From assembly GCA_039024555.1 (NCBI GenBank), contig JBCCQQ010000004.1, positions 96,001-160,000 of the forward strand: a stretch of DNA of 64,000 nucleotides, read 5' to 3'. Both the position numbers and the translations under genes were made by a program. Source of the DNA: Cyanobacteria bacterium P01_D01_bin.156. Lineage in GTDB: Bacteria > Cyanobacteriota > Cyanobacteriia > Phormidesmidales > Phormidesmidaceae. The notes under the pieces were generated by a model. That model ran no database searches. It was not told the DNA's origin and was given only the letters and a program-made list of their open reading frames with translations. Every line of letters begins with the position of its first letter. Position 1 is the first letter of the stretch. Below are positions 20,534-28,641 of this stretch, piece by piece.

Positions 20534-22240
20534 ATGGCTGAGCTTGAAAAGATGCGGCGGTATGATGCGGTCGCGATCGCAGACTACTACCGTTTTCGTC
20601 TGATAACCGTATTTTGGCGTGCCCTCTCCGTAGCGCTGATGCTAGGCAGCTTTGTTCTAGGGTTAGTGTTTGACCGAGTTTTAGGACAACAGCAGGCCAA
20701 TGAACCCAAACGGGCCGCTCAGTTACGCAAGATACTGACGGACCTTGGTCCCACATTTATTAAGGTAGGTCAGGCTCTCTCCACCCGTCCTGACTTGGTG
20801 AATCCTAAATTTCTAGACGAGCTCATTAAGTTACAGGATCAGCTGCCGCCTTTCGATACTTACATCGCCAATCGAATTATTGAAAAAGAATTAGGCCGTA
20901 CTGCTGACGAAGTTTATAGTTATATTTCTACTGAACCGGTTGCTGCAGCTAGCTTAGGCCAAGTGTACAAGGCCCGATTATACACAGGGGAACAGGTCGC
21001 CGTTAAGGTACAGCGACCAGGTCTAGTACCCATCATTTGCCGAGACTTGTACCTGATGCGCTGGGCCGCAGGATGGATTGCTCCCTGGCTCCCCTTAAAT
21101 TTGGGCCATGATCTAACCTTGATCGTCGATGAATTTGGCTCCAAGCTATTTGAGGAAATTGATTACCTAAACGAAGGTCGCAATGCTGAAGCCTTTGCGG
21201 CAAATTTTGCCGATGAATCTAAAGTAAAAGTCCCAGCCATTTACTGGCGCTACACCAGTACTCGGGTCCTTACTCTAGAGTGGATTGACGGCATTAAGCT
21301 CACCGATATTGAAAAGGTCAAAGCCGCTGGTCTAGATTCCGATACCCTGGTTACCATCGGCGTCTCTTCAGGACTACGGCAGCTGCTGGAGTTTGGATTC
21401 TTTCATGCCGATCCCCATCCTGGCAACCTATTCGCCCTTGCGGATGGCTCCATGGCCTACATTGATTTTGGCATGATGGACCAGCTCAGTCAGGGAATGA
21501 AAGAAACCCTGGTAGATTCAGTAGTCCATCTAATTAACCAGGAATATGACAAACTGGCTGATGACTTTGTCAAACTGGGTTTTTTAACACCGGACGTGGA
21601 TGTTAGACCCATTGTGCCAGCCTTGGAAGCTGTATTTGATGGGGCCATTGGTGAAAGCGTTGGCAACTTTAACTTTAAGAGTATTACCGATGAGTTCTCT
21701 AAGGTAATGTACGAATACCCATTTCGGGTACCGGCCAAATTTGCGCTTATTATTCGCTCTCTAGTTACCCAGGAAGGGTTAGCGCTGACCTTAAACCCTG
21801 AGTTCAAGATTGTGGAAATTGCCTATCCTTACGTAGCCCGCCGCTTACTGATGGGCGAAACCGAATCGCTACGACAACGCCTCATCGAAGTCCTGTTTAA
21901 GAATGGTCGTTTCCAGTGGCAGCGTTTAGAAAATATGATTCGCATTGCCCAGAGCGATCAGGGCTTTAACCTGATTCCAACAGCCGGTTTGGGAATGCAG
22001 TTTTTAATATCTGACGAAGGCCGTTATTTACGGCAGCAAATTTTATCTGCCTTAACGGAAGACAATCGTCTTCATACCGAAGAAGTGGCAAGACTATGGG
22101 ATTTGGTGAAAGAGGATTTACAACCTAATCAGATATTCGAAGCTGCTTGGGATGTGTTTACAGACTTTTCCAGAAATCAGGCTGCAGCTCTAGTACCAGA
22201 TCAGCTAACATCGGTTTTTTCAAATACGGCCAGCAGTTAG
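20534..22240 (+). CDS. ABC1/AarF/UbiB family atypical kinase
   Basis: LGPTFIKVGQ, AAASLGQVY, VAVKVQRP, FHADPHPGN, IDFGM. Confidence 0.93.
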   Translation: MAELEKMRRYDAVAIADYYRFRLITVFWRALSVALMLGSFVLGLVFDRVLGQQQANEPKRAAQLRKILTDLGPTFIKVGQALSTRPDLVNPKFLDELIKLQDQLPPFDTYIANRIIEKELGRTADEVYSYISTEPVAAASLGQVYKARLYTGEQVAVKVQRPGLVPIICRDLYLMRWAAGWIAPWLPLNLGHDLTLIVDEFGSKLFEEIDYLNEGRNAEAFAANFADESKVKVPAIYWRYTSTRVLTLEWIDGIKLTDIEKVKAAGLDSDTLVTIGVSSGLRQLLEFGFFHADPHPGNLFALADGSMAYIDFGMMDQLSQGMKETLVDSVVHLINQEYDKLADDFVKLGFLTPDVDVRPIVPALEAVFDGAIGESVGNFNFKSITDEFSKVMYEYPFRVPAKFALIIRSLVTQEGLALTLNPEFKIVEIAYPYVARRLLMGETESLRQRLIEVLFKNGRFQWQRLENMIRIAQSDQGFNLIPTAGLGMQFLISDEGRYLRQQILSALTEDNRLHTEEVARLWDLVKEDLQPNQIFEAAWDVFTDFSRNQAAALVPDQLTSVFSNTASS

Positions 22241-22894
22241 GTGGATGCTCAGTTTCGTCTAGAGCGTTGGGAAAACCTATGCCGCAGCTTGGGAATTATT
22301 TCTGCTGCAGCCATCGAAAAAGAGTTTGAACGATTGACGATGGCCTATGGTGAACCTCACCGGGCTTACCACACGTCCCAACATATCCATGAATGCTTGA
22401 CCTTGTTGGACGAACTATTGGAGAAGTGCAAACCTCCAGATCTTCTATCGCTGGAAATGGCGCTGTGGTATCACGACCTAGTGCATCTTCCGCAGTCCTC
22501 AAAGAATGAATCAGAGAGTATGGCTCAAGCGGCTATTTTTCTGAGAGACAACGATGTTTCAACGCCCTCGATTAAAACTATCACTCGTTTGATTATGGCA
22601 ACGCGCCATTTTTCTGACTTTGGTGCCACCACAGGGCTAGAAAAGTGGATGGTAGATATCGATTTAGGTATTCTGGGAGCCCCAACTAAACGTTTTTTGC
22701 AGTACGAGCAACAAATTCGTGAAGAATATTCTTGGTTATCGCCAGATGTATACAACTCTGAAAGACGACGTGTGCTGATTACTTTTTTGGAGCGTCCCAG
22801 GTTATATCACTCCACTTTGTTTTTTGAACGTTTTGAAAAACAAGCTCAAAAAAATCTGTTGTGCTTACTGTCACAGCCAAACTTATTACCTTGA
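22241..22894 (+). CDS. HD-superfamily metal-dependent phosphohydrolase
   Basis: Y.EPHRAYH, WYHD, NE..S, ATRH, DIDL.ILG, IREEY. Confidence 0.85.
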   Translation: MDAQFRLERWENLCRSLGIISAAAIEKEFERLTMAYGEPHRAYHTSQHIHECLTLLDELLEKCKPPDLLSLEMALWYHDLVHLPQSSKNESESMAQAAIFLRDNDVSTPSIKTITRLIMATRHFSDFGATTGLEKWMVDIDLGILGAPTKRFLQYEQQIREEYSWLSPDVYNSERRRVLITFLERPRLYHSTLFFERFEKQAQKNLLCLLSQPNLLP

Positions 22895-22998
22895 ATACCT
22901 GAGATTCACGGATGTTCCTCCTGAAAAGCCTAAATATTCGCTAAGCTAAGAACCTGTGCTCATAGGGGTAGCGGCATGATAACAGGGAGCATGAGTGA

Positions 22999-24327
22999 GT
23001 GAAAGGTTGGTTAAAGAGACGATCTTTAGTTGGGATTGTTGGTGCAACTGCGATCGCAATTCTAGGGATTGGTGCAGTTAGCCTACGGCGTGACAACCAA
23101 TACGACGTAGACGTACTGACGGTGCCTGTAGAGACCACTGAGGTCACTGTACGTATCAACGCTAGCGGTGAAGTAGAAGCCTTTCGTACCGTCAATTTGA
23201 GTCCTAAAAATGCCGGCATCTTAGATAAGTTACTAGTAGAACAGGGAGATTCCGTAGTCCAGGAGCAAATCATCGCTCGTATGGACATCGACGACTTAAA
23301 TGCTCAGCTACGCCAAAATCAAGCCAGCCTTGCTGAAGCCGAAGCCCAACTAAAGGATCTGTTGCAGGGTACCGATCGACCACAATTAGCCCAAGCAGAG
23401 GCCAATGTGGCTGCGGTACAGGCGCAGCAAGTGGAAGCTGAGTCCAGGTTACGACTGGCAGAAGGAGATTTGGCTCGAGATCGCGATCTCTACAGTCAGG
23501 GGGCCATTTCCGAACGAGAGTTAGACAATAGCCAAAATGCATTGGACAGTGCCCTAGCCAATGTTCGTCAGCTTGAGTCACGGGTAAATGAGGCTCAAGA
23601 GCGTCTGCAGGACCTAGCAGATGACCCGGACCCTGAAGATGTGGCCCAGTCCCGTGCCCGTGTGGAACGGTCACGAGGTCAGGTTGAAGCCGTCCAAACC
23701 CGTATTGAAAACACCATCATTCGTGCCCCTTTTAGCGGAGTCGTCACTCAGAAATTTGCCACCGAAGGGGCATTTGTTACCCCCACCACATCGGCCTCTG
23801 AAGCGGCATCAGCCACATCTAGCGCTATTGTTGCGATCGCTAATGGCTTAGAAATTGTTGCCGAAGTTCCCGAAGCCGATCTAGGCCAGATTCAAGTGGG
23901 ACAAAGTGTTGAAATTACCTCCACCGCTTTCCCTAACCAAGTCTTTGACGGTACAGTTCGTTTGATTGCCCCAGAAGCCATCGAACGTCAGAACGTTACA
24001 ATCTTCCAGGTGAGAATACAACTACAAACCGGATTAGAACAACTGCGCTCTAACATGAACGTGGATGTCGCTTTTTTGGGCAATCGTCTCAGTGATGCGC
24101 TAGTAATTCCTGCTGTTGCAGTCGTCACCCAGGGAGGAGAAACCGGAGTGCTCGTTCCCGATGAGAATAATCGAAATATTCGATTCCGGCCTGTTACCTT
24201 AGGCCCTCAGGTCGGGAATCAAATTCAGATTCTGGATGGAGTAACTCAAGGAGATCGCGTGTTTGTAGATTTGCCACCAGGCCAGACCCTAGATAATCTA
24301 CGATTCAACCGAGATGAGCAAAGCTAG
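22999..24327 (+). CDS. Efflux periplasmic adaptor (membrane fusion protein, MacA/HlyD-like)
   Basis: N-terminal TM, lipoyl half motifs (LVEQGDSV; IRAPFSGVV), long coiled coil, VPEADLGQIQVGQ. Confidence 0.9.
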   Translation: MKGWLKRRSLVGIVGATAIAILGIGAVSLRRDNQYDVDVLTVPVETTEVTVRINASGEVEAFRTVNLSPKNAGILDKLLVEQGDSVVQEQIIARMDIDDLNAQLRQNQASLAEAEAQLKDLLQGTDRPQLAQAEANVAAVQAQQVEAESRLRLAEGDLARDRDLYSQGAISERELDNSQNALDSALANVRQLESRVNEAQERLQDLADDPDPEDVAQSRARVERSRGQVEAVQTRIENTIIRAPFSGVVTQKFATEGAFVTPTTSASEAASATSSAIVAIANGLEIVAEVPEADLGQIQVGQSVEITSTAFPNQVFDGTVRLIAPEAIERQNVTIFQVRIQLQTGLEQLRSNMNVDVAFLGNRLSDALVIPAVAVVTQGGETGVLVPDENNRNIRFRPVTLGPQVGNQIQILDGVTQGDRVFVDLPPGQTLDNLRFNRDEQS

Positions 24328-24460
24328 ATATAGCTTGCGCCATTTACGTCAGGGTAGCAGTACAATTACCCTGCCTAGCAATAATCGAAATGGCGTCGCA
24401 GCCTTATCCTACCGTCGCTGGAAACTGCCATGACATCTGGCAGTCATCTTTCAACCATAA

Positions 24461-24501
24461 GAAAAAGGAGCAAAGACACCTGTTAAGCGTACTTTACTCC
24501 T
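24461..24501 (-). terminator. Rho-independent terminator closing the small-ORF unit
   Basis: Minus strand AGGAGTAAAG...CTTTGCTCCT followed by TTTT. Confidence 0.7.
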
Positions 24502-24592
24502 CACTGTCACAGCAAAACTAAAAACTTGATGGGGAAATTATTCTCAATGCATTAAACCTGTATCCCCTGAGAGCTATTGCCCTTCTTGAAAA

Positions 24593-24715
24593 TTAGCAGT
24601 AGTCCGCACTGCAGCTCTGAGTCTGTCTGAGCTTATTCCACACGGACAACACCAGGCCCAGAAAAAGTGCTGTGCGCTGTGTTCTCATTGCTTTAATAGA
24701 AGATAGAACAATCAT
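24593..24715 (-). CDS. Unannotated 40-aa peptide ending in CSADYC
   Basis: MIVLSSIKAMRTQRTALFLGLVLSVWNKLRQTQSCSADYC; strong RBS TAGGAGG about 8 nt before ATG. Confidence 0.6.
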   Translation of the reverse strand: MIVLSSIKAMRTQRTALFLGLVLSVWNKLRQTQSCSADYC

Positions 24716-24762
24716 GGTGAAATCCTCCTAATTCGAGTGGTAGTACTTAACTCAGATGACCG

Positions 24763-24906
24763 TTACTTTTTGCTATCGCTAGCACTTTTAAGCTCAATCA
24801 CCAGTTTGGGACTATTATCTTTCTTCTCTTTTTTCTTGGGTTTCGAAGATGTCTCAGAGACTAAGAAGAAGATAAAACAAACTACAAAGAAAGGGAAGAA
24901 GGGCAT
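24763..24906 (-). CDS. Unannotated 47-aa small protein, hydrophobic N-terminus plus Lys-rich tail
   Basis: MPFFPFFVVCFIFFLVSETSSKPKKKEKKDNSPKLVIELKSASDSKK; AGGA RBS about 8 nt upstream. Confidence 0.65.
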   Translation of the reverse strand: MPFFPFFVVCFIFFLVSETSSKPKKKEKKDNSPKLVIELKSASDSKK

Positions 24907-25284
24907 AGCACAGATCCTGAAAGGTGAGAGATTGTTAGAAAAAACATAGCCCTTGACTGAAGGAATCTATCAACTGGCGCTCTGAACAAATCAGCTAGCC
25001 GCGTAATAAAGTCAGCCAAATAACTGATGTTTTATCCAACAATCACAGAATATCGAAGCTGCCCTATCAATACAATTTGCTTTTTTACAGACCTCTGTTA
25101 GCTTTTCTGTAGCATCCTTATAACTTCTCGCTAAATACCCTTTGTAGTTTTGTTTAATACTGCAAGTACTTTAATGACAAAATGCCCTGATCCTTTCAAA
25201 ATCACAATGTCCGTGTGATCTAAATCATTTTGCAATAGCCCCAAATTACGAATCGAGGACTCCAAATGATGGGACCATACTACG

Positions 25285-25332
25285 AAGCCACGAGCGCAGT
25301 AAGTTCATATGAACTTACTGCGCTCGTGGCTT
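25285..25332. repeat. 48-bp perfect palindrome without loop; probable terminator of the peptide gene
   Basis: AAGCCACGAGCGCAGTAAGTTCAT|ATGAACTTACTGCGCTCGTGGCTT. Confidence 0.8.
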
Positions 25333-25355
25333 TTAAACTTTCCATGTAGAAAGTT

Positions 25356-25556
25356 TTAACGACTAGAACTACCCGTTCTACCAGTTGTCCGATTTGGATC
25401 CGGTGGTGGGGGTTCAAAGCCAGCAACAGCAGAGCTACCCATCACAGAAATAATCGGCATCGAAATTAAAACAGCTATGACTAAACGGAGCCATAGTTGC
25501 CTTGTCACTTTTAATGTAGACGTTTTAATCACCTCCTTTATTAACATAAGTGACAC
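25356..25556 (-). CDS. Small secreted peptide precursor (signal peptide plus Pro-rich, Gly/Ser/Arg-ending tail)
   Basis: Basic n-region, hydrophobic h-region, AVA cleavage motif, predicted mature GFEPPPPDPNRTTGRTGSSSR; near-perfect SD AAGGAGGTGAT at 25528-25538; true start uncertain. Confidence 0.75.
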   Translation of the reverse strand: MSLMLIKEVIKTSTLKVTRQLWLRLVIAVLISMPIISVMGSSAVAGFEPPPPDPNRTTGRTGSSSR

Positions 25557-25677
25557 CTGTAAGTCCCCATATAATGTCGTAGAGTCAAGGGGTAAAGTTT
25601 AGAAACCATAGCTCGTTTACCTTAATCTTTATATGCCCAGTACAGCTGCAAAATAGAAGCTTAAAAGCAGCTTTTTA

Positions 25678-27639
25678 TTACGTCGATAAGGGAAACGTCA
25701 ACTGACAGAAAAATCCTTTTGGCTTGTTTGGTCGCCGTACAAACGTCCCCTTCGTTAGCTTTTCAATTTCTTGACCAATGCGTGTACCTTCACCGCTGCC
25801 AGCTTCATGCATATCCACTCCAGGGCCATTGTCAGCCACCGTTATCTCATAGTGTTCATCTTTGTGTTTTCCAGTCACCACTAGCTGTGTAGCTCCAACG
25901 GCGTGTTTGCCAACGTTCCCTAGGGCTTCCTCCACAAATCGACATAGCTTACGCTTAACTTCAACGTTTAAGATGTCTGATTCGAGCGGATCAAAAGAAA
26001 TAATTGTGAATTTAAGGCTTGAAAAGCCCAACAAGGGCCTTGATAGCATGGCATCGTACACCTCCTGAAAAAGTTCGTGTAGAGGAATATCTAAGTCAAA
26101 CTTGGTGCCCGCATAGCTAACATCTAGGCTATTTTTTCGAGCCACTACATCCTCCTTGATCGAATCCCCAATGTATCGAATCTCTCGATTGAGATCTTCT
26201 AGCCCTAGGCAGATATCCGGTATATTAATCGTTTCGTCACGGGTGCGTCTAAGCAAGTTGGCCAGAGTTTGAAGCGGCCCATTGTGAATGGAGTCAAATA
26301 CGTTTTCAATCGTTTTTTGCCGTGCAAAGGCTAACTTTTCAGAAACGTGGCGTTCCTTTTCTAGAGCCAGATTACGCTGTTCAATTAGCTTGGCCCAGCG
26401 GCGTTCGTTTTGAGCATAGTTGATATAGATCAAACCATTGGCCGTTATAGAGACCAATGTTACGGCCAGCGGTAACCATAGGCCAACTTGCAACAGTAAA
26501 ATATAGCTAACAACAATGCTTGAACCAGCAATTAGTGATAATCGGACAAAACCGCTAATCACCCCCTGAGAAAAGCGACTGGCGATAATACTGAGAATTG
26601 AAAAAGAGATTAAGAATATTAGTTGAGCAATTCCACTAGTCCAAAGTAACGGTTGTTGCTTTTCGACTGCCTTAATAATTTGACTGATCGTGTAGGCTTG
26701 AATTTCTGCGCCACTGGCCAGCTGCTTATTATTTACAACACGATTAAAAACGGTTAGCGGTATTTGGTTTCCTTGAAGCGGATCTACCAAACTAACAATG
26801 ACAATTTTATCTTTAATTCGCTCGTCTTCTTGTCTTTGGGACGTTAGTAAATCTGTTCTACCGATTAGGTTAAAAGGTTTAACTTGCCCCCGATAGTTAA
26901 TCAAAGCCTGAATATCGGATTCATCATTGTTGACATATCCGTAGGCAGATTTAATCCTAGGAATCTCAACCGGTCCGAATCGCATTGCGAGCTCATCCTG
27001 AATACCATTCTCTAGCTCAAGATCTTGATTGCTGAAGCGCTCACTTTTGAAATAGCTTTGAATAATTTGGATAGCAAAAGACGTCTCAAATTCATCATCA
27101 GTGTTATAAGAACCTAACAAAGCTCGACGAACTGTACCATCACGATCAAGCGACAGGTCGTTAAACCCAACTTGTTGATTGAGTTGAGTTTGAGAGAGTT
27201 TTGGCAACGGTTCTACGGGATTAGAAAGAATCCGCTCTACCAAAATTAAATTAGAATTCCTTCTAATAAGCGGCAACAGAGTTTTATCTAGGTCCCCTGT
27301 AATTCGATGAGATAAAATATCGATACCGACAACAGCCGGCTCGTTTTCGAAGATATTCTCTAGAATCTCAGTCAACTCCGCTGCATCAATGGTATCGATG
27401 GTCTCATCTGTATCGTTAGTCTCCTCAGTAGATAGAGAATCAATTCCAACAATTGTGATCGGCTTATCACCAGTTTGAAACGATAGCTGAGTCGCCAGCA
27501 ACCGGTCCAAGGCCATGAGTTCAACAACCTGGAATGCCCCGAGAGAACGTGCACCTATCACAGAAGCCACGATACCCAGACCCCAAAGACCAGTTTTGAG
27601 TCGCTCTAAAGACTTCTCCCAACGGCTTTGGTCTTCCAT
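25678..27639 (-). CDS. CHASE2-domain sensor histidine kinase
   Basis: EL.ALD, ITIVGID, PAVVGIDI, VGFND...D.DG.VRR, G.EIQA (CHASE2); three TM segments; H-box IHNGPLQ, N-box EALGNVGKHA, DNGPG, GEGT. Confidence 0.9.
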   Translation of the reverse strand: MEDQSRWEKSLERLKTGLWGLGIVASVIGARSLGAFQVVELMALDRLLATQLSFQTGDKPITIVGIDSLSTEETNDTDETIDTIDAAELTEILENIFENEPAVVGIDILSHRITGDLDKTLLPLIRRNSNLILVERILSNPVEPLPKLSQTQLNQQVGFNDLSLDRDGTVRRALLGSYNTDDEFETSFAIQIIQSYFKSERFSNQDLELENGIQDELAMRFGPVEIPRIKSAYGYVNNDESDIQALINYRGQVKPFNLIGRTDLLTSQRQEDERIKDKIVIVSLVDPLQGNQIPLTVFNRVVNNKQLASGAEIQAYTISQIIKAVEKQQPLLWTSGIAQLIFLISFSILSIIASRFSQGVISGFVRLSLIAGSSIVVSYILLLQVGLWLPLAVTLVSITANGLIYINYAQNERRWAKLIEQRNLALEKERHVSEKLAFARQKTIENVFDSIHNGPLQTLANLLRRTRDETINIPDICLGLEDLNREIRYIGDSIKEDVVARKNSLDVSYAGTKFDLDIPLHELFQEVYDAMLSRPLLGFSSLKFTIISFDPLESDILNVEVKRKLCRFVEEALGNVGKHAVGATQLVVTGKHKDEHYEITVADNGPGVDMHEAGSGEGTRIGQEIEKLTKGTFVRRPNKPKGFFCQLTFPLST

Positions 27640-28328
27640 TAGTCCAATAGACCCCGCTCGCGGGCACGGATTTCAGTCAGACTGCGTAGATTTTTGCCTT
27701 CCTTTTTGTCTAGTTCAGGATCTATTTCTAGAACATCGTAGAGTTTGTTCCAGTAGTGGCGAATAGTACTAGGCTGCACATTCAATTCTTGAGCAATAGC
27801 CTTGTCCTGCAATCCTTCGTAAAATGCCAGGGTCAGGACTTGAAGCCATTCAGGTTTGAGTTCAATTCCTGCCTGAAGAGCTTTAATACCTCGGGTATGG
27901 CTAAAGCCTTTGAGGGCACCATCGATACGCTGAAAAATATCCTGGCTCGACATGCTCTTGTCAACAATCGTAAATCCGCCCTGGTGGCTATCAATTTCTG
28001 AACGCACGCGCACCAGTGCCTTAATGTAGGTGCTTTGAATGGCAATATTTTGCTCAGGGTAATTTTTCATTACCTGTCTGAGCAACTCAATGCCTGTTTC
28101 CACTTTGGCATCTTCTTGATATGCCTCAGGTATGGACAGGTCTAAGATTGCTAAATCAAGGTTGTAAGTTGCTAAATGTTCTAACGCTTCCTGAGCAGTC
28201 TTTGCAGTTACAAGATCGTAGGTGGGATAATGCTGTCGCAGGATGTCGATGGTACCGCTCAGTACAACTTGATGATCATCGACAATTAGAATTTTGCCGG
28301 TAGGTGCTTCACTAGATGAGGGGCCCAT
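27639..28328 (-). CDS. NarL-like DNA-binding response regulator
   Basis: ILIVDDH, phosphoacceptor in LAILDL, conserved Lys in VDKS; HTH GLQDKAIAQELNVQPSTIRHYW; stop overlaps kinase start (TAATG). Confidence 0.92.
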   Translation of the reverse strand: MGPSSSEAPTGKILIVDDHQVVLSGTIDILRQHYPTYDLVTAKTAQEALEHLATYNLDLAILDLSIPEAYQEDAKVETGIELLRQVMKNYPEQNIAIQSTYIKALVRVRSEIDSHQGGFTIVDKSMSSQDIFQRIDGALKGFSHTRGIKALQAGIELKPEWLQVLTLAFYEGLQDKAIAQELNVQPSTIRHYWNKLYDVLEIDPELDKKEGKNLRSLTEIRARERGLLD

Positions 28329-28559
28329 AGGTTCATGTTCACTATCATTCGCTGGTGTAGATGCTAAAGCATAATGGTCAGTTGCCCCAGATGTTTAAAA
28401 CTCGCCTTTAACGAGTTAGATGCACAAAGCGTTAAAGCATTTCGTTGATCCCGCAAAAAATGTTCTAGTAAGAGTAGAGAACCTTTCAGAGGATATACCT
28501 ACACTAAAGTCGAATCTTAGTTCTCGACAATAAGCAAAGCCAGAAACCTAGTGCAAAAA

Positions 28560-28605
28560 AATTGCCAGGCCACTTTGTAGTTTTCTACAAAGTGGCCTGG
28601 CAATT
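28560..28605 (-). terminator. 21-bp perfect stem-loop; terminator of the exonuclease gene, possibly also an operator
   Basis: AATTGCCAGGCCACTTTGTAG-tttt-CTACAAAGTGGCCTGGCAATT with adjacent A-run. Confidence 0.75.
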
Positions 28606-28641
28606 CAGCAAATCAAGCCTCAGTTGAGCAGAATGCTTAGT

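Noticed and set aside
24496..24505. ACTCCTCAC resembling the Yfr1 sRNA motif
   Set aside because: Does not complete ACTCCTCACAC and is explained as a terminator arm.
24737..24949. 70-aa plus-strand ORF from the ORF track
   Set aside because: Antisense shadow of the 47-aa minus-strand ORF, which has an RBS and matches the orientation of the cassette and terminator.
25356..25400. Peptide C-terminus as a PatS/PatX-type inhibitor
   Set aside because: Lacks the RG(S/T)GR pentapeptide; resemblance is only architectural.
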